This document shows positions 35,580-45,661 of a stretch of 64,000 nt of DNA, in pieces. Both the position numbers and the translations under genes were made by a program. The stretch comes from an uncultured Mageeibacillus sp. (GTDB lineage Bacteria; Bacillota; Clostridia; Saccharofermentanales; DTU023). A model generated the notes under the pieces. The model had not been told where the DNA came from, made no database searches, and saw nothing but the letters and a program-made list of their open reading frames with translations. The stretch spans positions 3,590-67,589 of the forward strand of contig CAZKLG010000001.1 of NCBI GenBank assembly GCA_964553675.1, written 5' to 3'. Position 1 is the stretch's first letter. The number at the start of each line of letters is the position of its first letter.

Positions 35580-36949
35580 ATGTCGGGGTCGGGGTCAAGG
35601 AAAAAGCTTTTGTAAAGGGCATTGACGGCCCTGGTTTTTTCATAGTGGCGCATCATAAAAAGCATGCTGATTTCAAAATAATCCAAAAGGACCATCTCGA
35701 TGCTGATCTGCTCCCTGGCCAGGGCGGCAGAGGCCCGGGCAATGACCCCGATGGTATCCCTCATACCTTCTCCCACCAGCATGACGACCGACATTTGGCG
35801 GACTACTGTCACCTCTTCAAATCCCAGTTCCGTTTTGAGCCGGTGGCGGAGGACCAATTCCTGTTCCAGGGGGAAATGGTCTTCCCTGACCACGATACTG
35901 ACTGAATCGATGCCGGTCGGAACGTGGTGGACATTGATAGCCAGTTGGGCGAAGATGGTCAGGATCCGGCTCAGGATACCGACCTCCTGGTTGATCAGGA
36001 CCCGCCGCAGGTTAATGGTACAAAAATGATCCCCTGCCGCAATACCCGTCAGGACCCGGTCGATATGGCTTCTTTGGGCCACGATCCGTGTGCCGGCGGC
36101 CAGGGGGTCATTGGTATTGCAGATACGGATGGGGATATTTCGGCGGATGACAGGTTCCAGGGCTTCGGGATGGATGATGGAAAAGCCGATGTAGGCCAGT
36201 TCCCGCATTTCCCGGTAGCTCATCTCTTCCAAAGGCAGGGCATGGGGGATCAGGTCGGGGTTGACCGCCTGTACACTGTCCCGATCCGTCCAGTTTTCAT
36301 AAAGACTGGCATTGACAGCTGCGGCAAGTACGGCGCCGCTTATGTCAGAGCCACCCCTGGAAAAGGTCATGGTATGCCCCTGGGCAGTCCGTCCGAAAAA
36401 GCCGGGGAAGACGACGATGCCTTCCTCCTGGGCCAGGGGAGCCAGCTTGTCGTAGCTTTCCTCCATGATCTCTGTCAGACCATTTTGATAGCTGAGGATG
36501 AGGCCGGCCTCCCTGGGGTCCACATAGCGGGCCTTGACGCCCATCTGCCAAAAATAGGCTGTGATCAGGCGGGCAGATATGATCTCGCCCAGGGCCAGGA
36601 CAGAGGCCCTGGATTCAGGTTCCCTGGCGTCCACCTGGAAGGCCAGCTGGTCCAGGACCTGGACCAGGTCCCGGGCAGTCCCGTCCATGAGGCCCAGGTC
36701 ACTTGCCATCTCCAGGACCCGCTCCTTGATGATCCTGCCAGCCTCATGGCCGTCCCGGCCGGCCTCCCGCTCGTGAACCAGATGGATGAGAAGGTCGGTG
36801 ATCTTGTCGTCGCCTGTCACAGTCGGGCGCTTACCCGGGGCGGAGACCACCATGATCTTTCTTTCCCGGTCATCCAGCATGATCTGGCAGGCCTTTCGGA
36901 TCTGGGCCGCATCAGCCAGGGAGGAACCCCCAAACTTACAGACGATCAT
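35564..36949 (-). CDS. Aspartate kinase
   Basis: MIVCKFGGSSLADAAQI and MVVSAPGKRP, with C-terminal tandem ACT-like regions. 461 aa. Confidence 0.9.
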   Translation of the reverse strand: MIVCKFGGSSLADAAQIRKACQIMLDDRERKIMVVSAPGKRPTVTGDDKITDLLIHLVHEREAGRDGHEAGRIIKERVLEMASDLGLMDGTARDLVQVLDQLAFQVDAREPESRASVLALGEIISARLITAYFWQMGVKARYVDPREAGLILSYQNGLTEIMEESYDKLAPLAQEEGIVVFPGFFGRTAQGHTMTFSRGGSDISGAVLAAAVNASLYENWTDRDSVQAVNPDLIPHALPLEEMSYREMRELAYIGFSIIHPEALEPVIRRNIPIRICNTNDPLAAGTRIVAQRSHIDRVLTGIAAGDHFCTINLRRVLINQEVGILSRILTIFAQLAINVHHVPTGIDSVSIVVREDHFPLEQELVLRHRLKTELGFEEVTVVRQMSVVMLVGEGMRDTIGVIARASAALAREQISIEMVLLDYFEISMLFMMRHYEKTRAVNALYKSFFLDPDPDIQGLD

Positions 36950-37535
36950 AGGCCTTGTCTCCCTGCTTACCGGCTGCCTGGTCCAGAAAGAGTCCCTGCC
37001 AATGGCTTTTCCCGCCCAGACGGATCAGGATCCACTCAATAGGCCGCTTGAGGCGGACGGTGATCATCTCTGCAGGGTCCCGCCTCAGGGTCAGGATGAC
37101 GGGCATGCCGGCCCGGCGGGCAGACCAGACATCGGTCAGGAGTTGATCCCCTACCATGATGGCTTCCTTGGGCAGGCACTGTCGACCTTCCAGTTCCATA
37201 CAGATGGGCTCCATGGCCGGTTTTCGGGCATTGGCGATAAAGTCCAGGCCCAGGGAATCGGCGAAAGACCGGGCCCTTGCCTCCCTGGCATTGGAGGCAA
37301 TAAGGGGAAGCAAACCGGCCTCCTGGACCTGGCTGACCACGCCCCGGGCAAAGTCATCACCCAGATGTTGGCCATGGCAGACCAGGGTGTTGTCGATATC
37401 CAGCAAGACAAGGCGGAAACCCTTGGCCGCAAGTGTCTGATAGTCGATGACCTCCGGTGAAGGGACGATCAAATCAGGGAAAAAGCGGGCACGTATCCAA
37501 CGCTGAATAGGCCGGGGGGCCTTGTCTTTTGTCAT
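36936..37535 (-). CDS. yqeG: YqeG-family HAD-IIIA phosphatase
   Basis: VLLDIDNTLV (DxDxT), IASNAREARA and MVGDQLLTDVWSARRAG. Start moved to ATG 37535, with GGAGG 10 nt upstream. Confidence 0.75.
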   Translation of the reverse strand: MTKDKAPRPIQRWIRARFFPDLIVPSPEVIDYQTLAAKGFRLVLLDIDNTLVCHGQHLGDDFARGVVSQVQEAGLLPLIASNAREARARSFADSLGLDFIANARKPAMEPICMELEGRQCLPKEAIMVGDQLLTDVWSARRAGMPVILTLRRDPAEMITVRLKRPIEWILIRLGGKSHWQGLFLDQAAGKQGDKAYDRL

Positions 37536-37691
37536 AGTAATGGCGCCTCCTTCATGGGACGGTGTCAGATGCATATCGATACTCTACCATGAATGGCAAA
37601 GGGGGCGGGCCGGGGGCTTGCTTGCGGCACCAGGCCCTTTCCCGTAAAATGGCAACAAGACTTCAAAAGTTGGCAAGAGCCGGAGGTAATT

Positions 37692-38249
37692 ATGATTAGT
37701 GCGGGCGATTTTCGCAATGGTACGGGCTTTGTTCTGGACGGACAACCTTGTCAGGTGGTTGAGTTTCAACATGTCAAGCCTGGGAAAGGATCCGCCTTTG
37801 TCCGGGTCAAATTCAAGAATCTGCAAACAGGCAGTGTCGTTCAAAAGAGCTTCAACCCCTCCGACAAATATGAACCGGTCCACCTTGTCAACCGGGACAT
37901 GTCTTACATCTATCAGGATGGTGACCTCTATTATTTCATGGACCAGGAATCTTATGACCAGATCCCCATCGGGCGTGAAAAACTGGAACACGCCCTGCCC
38001 TACCTCAAGGAAGGCATGATGGCCCGGATCCTCTCCTGGGAGGGTCAGATCCTTGATGTCGAGCTGCCCAATGTGGTCGAGCTTGAAATCACGGAATGTG
38101 AGCCTGCTGTCCGTGGCGACACGGCCCAAAGTGCCACCAAGAATGCCACCCTGGAGACAGGGGCGGTCATTCGTGTCCCCCTCTTTATCAACCAGAATGA
38201 GATCGTGCGTATCGATACTCGTACCGGGGAGTACCTGGAGCGGGCCTGA
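37692..38249 (+). CDS. efp: Translation elongation factor P
   Basis: MISAGDFRNGTGFVLDGQPCQVVEFQHVKPGKGSAFVRVKFKNLQTG. Start moved to ATG 37692, with GGAGG upstream. Confidence 0.95.
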   Translation: MISAGDFRNGTGFVLDGQPCQVVEFQHVKPGKGSAFVRVKFKNLQTGSVVQKSFNPSDKYEPVHLVNRDMSYIYQDGDLYYFMDQESYDQIPIGREKLEHALPYLKEGMMARILSWEGQILDVELPNVVELEITECEPAVRGDTAQSATKNATLETGAVIRVPLFINQNEIVRIDTRTGEYLERA

Positions 38250-38668
38250 TGGAAACCGATGGCCGGCAGTTCTCGATCAAGGGCGAACGGACCATGTCCC
38301 AGGGCTTTATTGCCCAATATGCGGCAGAGGCAGCCCTGCATACCCGGGGAGTCAGCGGCCTGAACAGGGGCCTTGTCTCCGGCTTGAAAGAGGCTATCGG
38401 ACTGGCGCCTCAAGGACGGGGCGTCCGGGTCAATTTCCGGAGCGGGGAATCGGATGATGTCATTATCACCGTATACCTGGATATTGAATTTGGACATGTC
38501 ATGCCCGAGGTAGCCTGGTCAGTGCAAGAACGGGTCAAAAGAGACGTGGAACGTTTTACCGGCCTCAATGTGGACGCCGTCAATGTTCATGTCATCCGTG
38601 TCGTCGACAGCAGGCAGGCGGCGCTTGACCAGGATACCCATCCGGGGGATGTGGAGGAATTTTTATGA
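38249..38668 (+). CDS. Asp23/Gls24-family envelope stress protein
   Basis: FIAQYAAEAALHTRGVSGL...VTVYLDIEFGHVMPEVAWSVQERVKRDVERFTGLNVDAVNVHV. It has a TGATG overlap with efp. Confidence 0.8.
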   Translation: METDGRQFSIKGERTMSQGFIAQYAAEAALHTRGVSGLNRGLVSGLKEAIGLAPQGRGVRVNFRSGESDDVIITVYLDIEFGHVMPEVAWSVQERVKRDVERFTGLNVDAVNVHVIRVVDSRQAALDQDTHPGDVEEFL

Positions 38669-39216
38669 GCCGCTGGGCCAGAACCATCTTAATCGCATTT
38701 TCTTTCCTCATGGCTATCTTTTTCCTGGTGGCCCTGATGATGATTATCAGCACCGATATTTTGACGGGGATGATTACCATGATCCTGGATATGGCTCAAA
38801 AGCAGCCTGCCAAGACGGTGGCCATCGTCGTCGGCCTGGTCGGCTTTCTTTTTTCCATCATGACCCTGATCGTCTCGGTCATGACCGGCAGACTGCGCAA
38901 AACCCGTATCCGTTCCAATGAAATTGGCGATATACAGATAGGGGTCGAAGCCATTGAGAATATTGCCCTCAATGCCGCCAAGATTTCACAGTCAGGGGTG
39001 AAATCAGCCAAGGCCCGGGTAGCACCCTCCAAGGGGGGAAAGCTCTTCATCCGCATGAATGTCCAGGCCTATTCTGACGTGGAGATCCCCATGATGATGT
39101 CCCGGGTTCAGGAACGGGTCAAGAAGGATGTGGAAAAATACACGGGTATTGAAGTGGCCAGCGTCGAAGTCCGGGTCAGCCGGGTTGAGGCGGTCGCCCC
39201 CCGGGTGGAGCGCTGA
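38665..39216 (+). CDS. AmaP-like membrane anchor protein (TM helices + Asp23-like domain)
   Basis: Two N-terminal TM helices are followed by IGVEAIENIALNAAKISQSGV...VQERVKKDVEKYTGIEVASVEVRV. ATGA overlap with the upstream gene. Confidence 0.6.
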   Translation: MSRWARTILIAFSFLMAIFFLVALMMIISTDILTGMITMILDMAQKQPAKTVAIVVGLVGFLFSIMTLIVSVMTGRLRKTRIRSNEIGDIQIGVEAIENIALNAAKISQSGVKSAKARVAPSKGGKLFIRMNVQAYSDVEIPMMMSRVQERVKKDVEKYTGIEVASVEVRVSRVEAVAPRVER

Positions 39217-39219
39217 TCC

Positions 39220-39465
39220 ATGCAGAGCCCCGATCCCTCAGATAAACCCAGACGCCCGGATCAGGCGCCCTTGTCATCAGGCCCTGCCGGTGCCCTGATT
39301 GCCTTTGTATTTGCCCTGCTCTGGGTCATCTTCGGTTTTTGGAAATTGCTTTTTATCCTCTTGCTGACCCTGGCCGGCTACTTCGTCGGTTACCGTTATT
39401 TCCGGGACCGTGATACCATCAGGAAACTGATAGACAAAATACTTCCGCCGGGCATGTTCCGGTAG
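39220..39465 (+). CDS. Small integral membrane protein (DUF2273-like)
   Basis: 81 aa with two hydrophobic helices (GALIAFVFALLWVIFGFWKLLFILLLTLAGYFVGY). Its position after asp23/amaP matches the known three-gene module. Confidence 0.55.
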   Translation: MQSPDPSDKPRRPDQAPLSSGPAGALIAFVFALLWVIFGFWKLLFILLLTLAGYFVGYRYFRDRDTIRKLIDKILPPGMFR

Positions 39466-39479
39466 CTGGAGGATAAACC

Positions 39480-39920
39480 ATGAGTCGGCACACCGCCCGT
39501 GAACTCGCATTTAAATTTCTTTACCAAGAGGAGATCCGAGAGGACCCCTTTGAGATCCAGCTGGAGGACTTCCTCAAGACCCGGTCCATCCGGGATAAGG
39601 CGGATCGGACCTATTTCGAGCAGCTGGTCCAGGGGGTTCACAAGAACCGCTCCCTGATCGACCAGGTCATCAGCCGCTATTTGAGGGGCTGGACCATGGA
39701 AAGGCAACTGCTGATTGATTTGTCCATCCTCCGTCTGGCCGTTTACGAACTCCTCTTCGATGAGGAGGTGCCGGCTGAAATTGCCATTTCCGAGGCCGTC
39801 ATATTTGCCAACGAATACGGAACCGATCAGTCCAGGGCCTTTATCAATGCCGTTTTAGGCAGTGTTGAAAAGCATGAGGAAAAACAGGTTCAGCCGGAGC
39901 CCCAAGAGGATGATGCCTGA
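39480..39920 (+). CDS. nusB: Transcription antitermination factor NusB
   Basis: MSRHTARELAFKFLYQ...AVYELLF...VAISEAVIFANEYG. GGAGG upstream. Confidence 0.9.
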   Translation: MSRHTARELAFKFLYQEEIREDPFEIQLEDFLKTRSIRDKADRTYFEQLVQGVHKNRSLIDQVISRYLRGWTMERQLLIDLSILRLAVYELLFDEEVPAEIAISEAVIFANEYGTDQSRAFINAVLGSVEKHEEKQVQPEPQEDDA

Positions 39921-39922
39921 CC

Positions 39923-41212
39923 ATGAACCAGGTCTTTTCCGTCACTGAATTGAACCGGGCCGTTAATGAGCGGTTGAGCCGGGATCCCCAGCTTGGAAGG
40001 GTCAGGGTGCGGGGCGAGATATCAGGTTTTAAGAAATACGCCTCCGGCCACAGCTACTTCACCCTCAAAGATGAATCTGCCTCCGTTTCCTGCGTTCTTT
40101 TCCGCCAGTCTGCCCCCATGGCTCCCAAGGGTATGGGAGACGGCATGCAGGTCCTCCTATATGCCCGGACCAGCCTCTACGACAAGACAGGCCGTTTCCA
40201 GCTGATTGTAGATGAAGCCCGGGAAGAGGGGCGGGGAGATCTCTACCAGGCCTTCCTTCGCTTGAAAGAAGATCTGGAGCGGGAAGGTCTCTTTTCCAGC
40301 CAAAGGAAGAAAGCGCTTCCCTTTATCCCCCAAAGGATTGTGGCCATTACCTCAGCTGAAGGTGCGGTCATCCGGGACATCATTCATGTCCTCAGGCGGC
40401 GCTTTCCTGGGATCCGCCTGATTCTGATCCCTGTCCCTGTTCAGGGCCCCGGGGCCGAAAGAGAGATCGCTGCGGCCCTGGAGCTGGCCAATTACCTGGC
40501 CTTGGGTGACGTCATTATTCTGGGCAGGGGAGGCGGATCCATTGAGGACCTGCAAGCCTTTAATGAGGAACTGACCGCCAGGGCCATAGCCGCCTCAAAG
40601 ATCCCGGTCATTTCCGCTGTCGGCCATGAGACGGACTACACCATTGCCGACTTTGTGGCTGATCTTCGGGCGCCCACCCCCTCTGCAGCGGCAGAGCTGG
40701 CGGTGCCGGTCAAGGAGGAGCTTTACAGACGGCTTGACCAGCTGTCAGCCAGCCTGGAACAGACCATGACCAGCCGGCTGGAAGGGGCCTTGAGCCGGGT
40801 CCAGGATCTGTCAGGGAGGCCCGTCCTGACTCACCCGGCCTCCATAATGGACAGGCATCTGTCCCGGCTGGACCTGATCAGGCACCGGCTCCAGGCAGCC
40901 AGCGGAAGATGGCTCCAGGGAGAGGAAAACCGTCTGGCCAAGCTTGAAGCCCTTATAAGGAACCTGATCCTTGTCCGCTCAAACAAGGCCCTCTCCCGCC
41001 TGGACAAGGCAGAGGGCTCCCTCCAGGCCCTGTCCCCATTGGCAGTCCTTTCCCGGGGTTACAGCCTGGTAACCGATCAAAGAGGCCAGGCGGTATCCTC
41101 CGCCGGGCAAGTCAAAGGAGGGGATCCCCTGGAGCTGACCTTTCATGATGGACAGATAGGCTGCCAGGTAACCCGCCCCTATATCCAGGAAGGAGATCCG
41201 GATCATGAATGA
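39923..41212 (+). CDS. xseA: Exodeoxyribonuclease VII large subunit
   Basis: VFSVTELNRAVNERL...VRGEISGFKKYASGHSYFTLKD (OB fold) and RGGGSIEDLQAFNEE. Confidence 0.9.
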   Translation: MNQVFSVTELNRAVNERLSRDPQLGRVRVRGEISGFKKYASGHSYFTLKDESASVSCVLFRQSAPMAPKGMGDGMQVLLYARTSLYDKTGRFQLIVDEAREEGRGDLYQAFLRLKEDLEREGLFSSQRKKALPFIPQRIVAITSAEGAVIRDIIHVLRRRFPGIRLILIPVPVQGPGAEREIAAALELANYLALGDVIILGRGGGSIEDLQAFNEELTARAIAASKIPVISAVGHETDYTIADFVADLRAPTPSAAAELAVPVKEELYRRLDQLSASLEQTMTSRLEGALSRVQDLSGRPVLTHPASIMDRHLSRLDLIRHRLQAASGRWLQGEENRLAKLEALIRNLILVRSNKALSRLDKAEGSLQALSPLAVLSRGYSLVTDQRGQAVSSAGQVKGGDPLELTFHDGQIGCQVTRPYIQEGDPDHE

Positions 41213-41447
41213 CGAGAATAAAAAAGACAGGCTTGACGGTCAGGACATGACCTATGAAGAGGCCATTAAAAGACTGGAGGAGATTGTCAGTCTTCTGGAA
41301 AGAAGCGAACAACCCCTGGACCAGTCCATGGACCTCTTCCGGGAAGGCGTGGCTCTGGCCAGCTTCTGCAGGACCAAGCTGGACACCATGAAAGAAGAAA
41401 TTGTCAAGCTGGTGGATGCGGAGGGCTCAGAGGTGCCTTTGGGATGA
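41205..41447 (+). CDS. xseB: Exodeoxyribonuclease VII small subunit
   Basis: 80 aa. YEEAIKRLEEIVSLLERSEQPLDQSMDLFREGVALASFCRTKL. Overlaps xseA. Confidence 0.88.
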   Translation: MNDENKKDRLDGQDMTYEEAIKRLEEIVSLLERSEQPLDQSMDLFREGVALASFCRTKLDTMKEEIVKLVDAEGSEVPLG

Positions 41448-42358
41448 ATCCTCCAGCTAAAGCCATAGCTGTCCAGGAGGCCAGGGAGGCCCTGGAAGTT
41501 TTTTTGGAGAAGACTTTATCCCCAGGATCCTTGTCAGACCATCCTGTCTGGCAGGCGGCCCGATACAGTTTGCTGGCAGGGGGAAAGCGGATCAGGCCCC
41601 TCCTGCTTTTTCGGACCTGTCTGCTTTTTGAAGACAGGCTGGCCCCGGCCGCCCTCCCATTGGCCGCTTCCCTTGAAATGATCCATAGCTATTCCCTGAT
41701 CCATGACGACCTTCCCGCCATGGACGATGATGATTTCCGGCGGGGACGCCCTTCCTGCCATAAAGCATTCGGGGAGGCGGTAGCCATCCTGGCCGGTGAC
41801 CTGCTCCTCAACACTGCCTACGAGGTCATGCTGACCGCCTATGAAGACCATCCTGACCAGGGGACCTTCCAGGCCATGAAGACCCTGGCCCGGGCCGCTG
41901 GCGGCCAGGGCATGATCCTGGGCCAGGACCTTGACCTGGCCCTGGAAAAGCAGGTCTTTGACCAGGTTTCCCTGGAGGAAGTCCAGGAGATGGCCAAGCT
42001 GAAAACCAGCCGGCTCATCCAGGCAGCCCTGCTTATGGGAGGCCAGCTGGCCGCTGTCCCTGCCCCTGCCCTGGATCAACTGGCCCTGATCGGGGAATCA
42101 AGCGGTCTGGCCTTCCAGATAAGGGATGACATACTTGATTGCATGGCCAGCCGTGATAAACTGGGCAAGACGCCGAAAAAAGATGCGGCTGCCGGCAAGA
42201 AGACCTTCGTGACCCTGGCGGGCCTGGAAGGCGCCCGGGAGGCACTGACAAGGGAAAGCCTTCGCATGCAGACCGCTTATGAGGCCCTGGAGGCCATGGG
42301 TTACGATACGGAGCTCCTAGCCCATTACACCAATCACTTGATCGAAAGGAAGTCCTAG
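41444..42358 (+). CDS. ispA: (2E,6E)-farnesyl diphosphate synthase / polyprenyl synthetase
   Basis: First DDxxD region IHSYSLIHDDLPAMDDDDFRRG and second FQIRDDILD. Confidence 0.88.
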   Translation: MNPPAKAIAVQEAREALEVFLEKTLSPGSLSDHPVWQAARYSLLAGGKRIRPLLLFRTCLLFEDRLAPAALPLAASLEMIHSYSLIHDDLPAMDDDDFRRGRPSCHKAFGEAVAILAGDLLLNTAYEVMLTAYEDHPDQGTFQAMKTLARAAGGQGMILGQDLDLALEKQVFDQVSLEEVQEMAKLKTSRLIQAALLMGGQLAAVPAPALDQLALIGESSGLAFQIRDDILDCMASRDKLGKTPKKDAAAGKKTFVTLAGLEGAREALTRESLRMQTAYEALEAMGYDTELLAHYTNHLIERKS

Positions 42359-42359
42359 C

Positions 42360-44282
42360 TTGCAAGCCTACCCTCTGCTTGAATCCTTGGGCGGGGCGGC
42401 CCATGTCCGTCTGCTGTCCGATGAGGAAAAAGTGCAGCTGGCCCAGGAACTGCGCCAGCTGATCATTGAGACGGTGGCAGTCACCGGTGGACATCTGGCG
42501 CCCAATCTGGGGGTCATCGAACTGACTATCGCCCTCCTGGCGACAGGCAATTTCCCCGACGATTCCCTGATCTTTGATGTAGGCCACCAGTGCTATGCCT
42601 GGAAGATCCTGACCGGCCGCCTTGAGGCCTTTTCCAGCCTCCGCCAGAAAGGGGGCTTATCGGGTTTCCCCAAAAGGGAGGAGAGTGACTTTGACGTTTT
42701 CAACACCGGTCATAGCAGCACCTCCCTGTCAGCCGCCCTGGGCCTGGCCAGGGCCAAGCGAATCCGGGGGGATCACAGCAAGACCATGGCCCTGATCGGG
42801 GATGGTGCCCTGGGCGGTGGCATGGCCTTTGAAGCCCTGTCTGACGCCGGCCAGAGCGGTGAAAACCTCCTGGTCATCCTCAATGACAACCAGATGTGCA
42901 TTGACCAGGCGGTTGGCGGTATGTCCCGCCATCTGGAGCAGCTGAGGACCAGCCAGCGATACATCCGGATGAAGACGGTCTGGGAAGTCAGGCTGGGCAA
43001 GATCCCCCTAGTCGGCAAACCCTTGGTCCTGGCCCTGGCCCGGATGAAACGCCGCTGGCGCTCCTGGCGCAGGGAGGCCGGAATTATTTTCGAACAGCTG
43101 GGTTTTCGCTATTACGGACCTGTGGACGGCCACGACCTGCCTGCCCTGGAAAGGCATCTTAAGGCCCTGCGCCTGGTCCGGGGGCCCATCCTCCTCCATG
43201 TCATTACGACCAAGGGCAAGGGCTATTGTTACGCAGAGGACCAACCCCACAGCTATCACGGGGTTGCTCCCTTTGACAGTGTCAATGGTCAAAGTAATGG
43301 TGTGACCGGGCAAGGCCCTTCCTTTTCCAAGCTCCTGGGTCAGACCCTGGTTGAGCTGGCTGAGGAAGATCAGCGGATTGTCGCCATAACAGCCGCCATG
43401 GCGCAAGGTACGGGTCTGACGCCTTTCCAGGAGGCCTTCCCCCAGCGCTTCTACGATGTGGGTATCGCGGAACAGCATGCCCTTACCATGGCAGCCGGCA
43501 TGGCGGCAGGCGGACTTCGCCCCTTTGTGGCCCTTTACAGCAGTTTTTTACAAAGGGCCATGGACCAGCTCATCCACGATATCTGCCTGCAGAAGCTCCC
43601 TGTCGTCCTCCTGATCGATCGGGCGGGGCTGGTAGGGGGTGATGGGGACACCCATCAGGGTCTATACGATATGTCCATGACCCTGTCCTTGCCCCATATG
43701 ACCATCCTGGCGCCTGCCACGGCTTCTGACTTTAGGGCCATGCTTCACTATGCCCCCAGGCACCAGGGCCCTCTCATGATCCGCTATCCCAACCAGGCGG
43801 CTTCCTTGGCCAGCTACAGCCCTTATCCGGATCCGCCTGATCAAGCGGTCCTCTCGGATTTCGTCCGGCTCCGCCAGGTCCGCCAGGGTCAGGACCTGAC
43901 GGTCATCGCCCTGGGCGTCACCATTGAAGAAGCCCAAAAGGCGGTGGACAGCCTCCGGGCCAAGCATCCTTCAAGCACCATTGATTTATATTCTTCCCAA
44001 TCTCTTGTGCCGTTTGATTATAAAACTATGTTAAGATCTATACATAAAACAGGCAGGCTTCTTTTGATCGAAGACGGTGTAGAGTCAGGTGGATTCGGTA
44101 CCCTGCTGGGTGCTCAGGTCGCCCGGACCCATCCCGGGGTCTTGATAGATTATGCAGGGGTCAGCCAGCCCGACAGGGGGCAGGCGACCCGGTCTGAGTT
44201 AATAAAAGAAGAGGGGCTTGATAAAGAAGGGCTTGAAGGACGCATGTCGAAGCTTCTGGGTCTGCCAGGATCCGGAGGCTGA
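42360..44282 (+). CDS. dxs: 1-deoxy-D-xylulose-5-phosphate synthase
   Basis: GGHLAPNLGVIELTIAL, DVGHQCYAWKILTGR, GDGALGGGMAFEAL (TPP motif) and DVGIAEQHA. TTG start. Confidence 0.95.
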   Translation: MQAYPLLESLGGAAHVRLLSDEEKVQLAQELRQLIIETVAVTGGHLAPNLGVIELTIALLATGNFPDDSLIFDVGHQCYAWKILTGRLEAFSSLRQKGGLSGFPKREESDFDVFNTGHSSTSLSAALGLARAKRIRGDHSKTMALIGDGALGGGMAFEALSDAGQSGENLLVILNDNQMCIDQAVGGMSRHLEQLRTSQRYIRMKTVWEVRLGKIPLVGKPLVLALARMKRRWRSWRREAGIIFEQLGFRYYGPVDGHDLPALERHLKALRLVRGPILLHVITTKGKGYCYAEDQPHSYHGVAPFDSVNGQSNGVTGQGPSFSKLLGQTLVELAEEDQRIVAITAAMAQGTGLTPFQEAFPQRFYDVGIAEQHALTMAAGMAAGGLRPFVALYSSFLQRAMDQLIHDICLQKLPVVLLIDRAGLVGGDGDTHQGLYDMSMTLSLPHMTILAPATASDFRAMLHYAPRHQGPLMIRYPNQAASLASYSPYPDPPDQAVLSDFVRLRQVRQGQDLTVIALGVTIEEAQKAVDSLRAKHPSSTIDLYSSQSLVPFDYKTMLRSIHKTGRLLLIEDGVESGGFGTLLGAQVARTHPGVLIDYAGVSQPDRGQATRSELIKEEGLDKEGLEGRMSKLLGLPGSGG

Positions 44283-44300
44283 CAATGTTCAAAAGGGAAG

Positions 44301-45164
44301 GTGGCCAGCGTGCGGATTGCACTATATCCCAATGCAGACAGGGATCCGGGCTTCGGTGTTACCCGCCGCCTGATTTCCAGCATTACGGGAGCCGGTGCAA
44401 CGGCGGTCATTGAGGCGGGTATCCTGCCTGATTTCCATGAAGAGGGGCTGGTTCGTGGGCCCTATGCCGACTGCCAGCTCATGATCTGCCTGGGCGGTGA
44501 CGGAACCTTCCTGTCGGCAGCCCATCATGACAGTTCCCGGGACCTTCCCAAGATCGGTGTCAACCTTGGCAGTGTCGGTTTCCTGATGGAAATCGAGGTG
44601 GATCGCCTGGATCAGGCCCTGGAACGTCTTTTGCAGGCTGACTACCAGGTTGAGGACCGCTCACTTCTGGAATCCTCCTGCTTCGACACAGGGGGCCACA
44701 AGGTCTTGACAGACGAAGCCCTCAATGATGTGGTCATTGCCCGGGGTTCGCGTGCCAAATCCATCATCCTTGGCCTGGAAATTGATGGGTTAAGAGTCCA
44801 GAATATTCCAGGTGATGGTGTCATTGTCTCGACCCCGACCGGTTCGACAGCTTACTCTCTTTCGGCCGGGGGACCCATTGTCCATCCGGCATCTGATGTC
44901 ATCCTGATCACGCCCATCTGCCCCCATACCATGCAAAACAGGACCTATGTGATTGCTGCCGACTCCCAGATTACGCTCAGGTTGATTTCCAACCAGGACG
45001 GCGCCACTTTGACGGTGGATGGCCGGGGCGGCCTGGAGATATCAACCGGATCACGGGTCAAAGTTCAATCTGCGAAAAGAAAAGTGAAATACATAAGACT
45101 GTGGGGAGAGAGTTTCTACCAGACCCTTCCCGCCAAGATTCAGCAAAGGGGACTCAGCCGATGA
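44301..45164 (+). CDS. nadK: NAD kinase
   Basis: MICLGGDGTFL (GGDG), NLGSVGFL and STPTGSTAYSLSAGGPIV. The start is GTG 44301 or in-frame GTG 44310. Confidence 0.9.
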   Translation: MASVRIALYPNADRDPGFGVTRRLISSITGAGATAVIEAGILPDFHEEGLVRGPYADCQLMICLGGDGTFLSAAHHDSSRDLPKIGVNLGSVGFLMEIEVDRLDQALERLLQADYQVEDRSLLESSCFDTGGHKVLTDEALNDVVIARGSRAKSIILGLEIDGLRVQNIPGDGVIVSTPTGSTAYSLSAGGPIVHPASDVILITPICPHTMQNRTYVIAADSQITLRLISNQDGATLTVDGRGGLEISTGSRVKVQSAKRKVKYIRLWGESFYQTLPAKIQQRGLSR

Positions 45165-45661
45165 AAAAAGCGCCAAAAAAGCAACGCCAATCGCGCATCC
45201 TGCAAATCGTAGGCGAGCGCAACATCGAAACGCAATCTGATCTGGTCGCGGCTCTCCAGGCCTTGGGCATGGATGTGACCCAGGCGACCGTATCACGTGA
45301 CATCAAGGAACTGGGTATCGTCAAGGTCATGACAGGTGAAGGGACACAAAAATATGTGGCCCTGACCCATAGCGGCGAGGCAACCGCCGGCCGGATGAAG
45401 CGGGTCTTTGCCGAAGCCGTCACCTCGGTCATCAATGCCCACACCCTGGTGGTGATCAAGACCCTTCCCGGTATGGCCCAGGGCGCGGCATCGGCCCTGG
45501 ACTCCATGTATCTGGATGAAATCCTGGGCACTCTGGCCGGCGATGACACCATCTTCATTGCCACCCATACCACGGAGGCCGCTGTATCCCTCCGCCAAAA
45601 GCTCAATGCCCTGACCAAGATCAATCCTTATGACAGTGAAGAGGAGATGGACAAGTTTTAG
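45161..45661 (+). CDS. argR: Arginine repressor
   Basis: RQSRILQIVGERNIETQSDLVAALQALGMDVTQATVSRDIKELG (winged HTH) and a C-terminal GTLAGDDTIFI oligomerisation/arginine site. Start moved to ATG 45161 (ATGA overlap with nadK). Confidence 0.9.
   Translation: MKKAPKKQRQSRILQIVGERNIETQSDLVAALQALGMDVTQATVSRDIKELGIVKVMTGEGTQKYVALTHSGEATAGRMKRVFAEAVTSVINAHTLVVIKTLPGMAQGAASALDSMYLDEILGTLAGDDTIFIATHTTEAAVSLRQKLNALTKINPYDSEEEMDKF

Noticed and set aside
38249-39465. The Asp23 / AmaP-like / DUF2273 trio between efp and nusB as a novel inserted module.
   Set aside because: An Asp23-family gene upstream of nusB is conserved in Bacillota. The three-gene asp23 module is already described in staphylococci. 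This is ordinary synteny.
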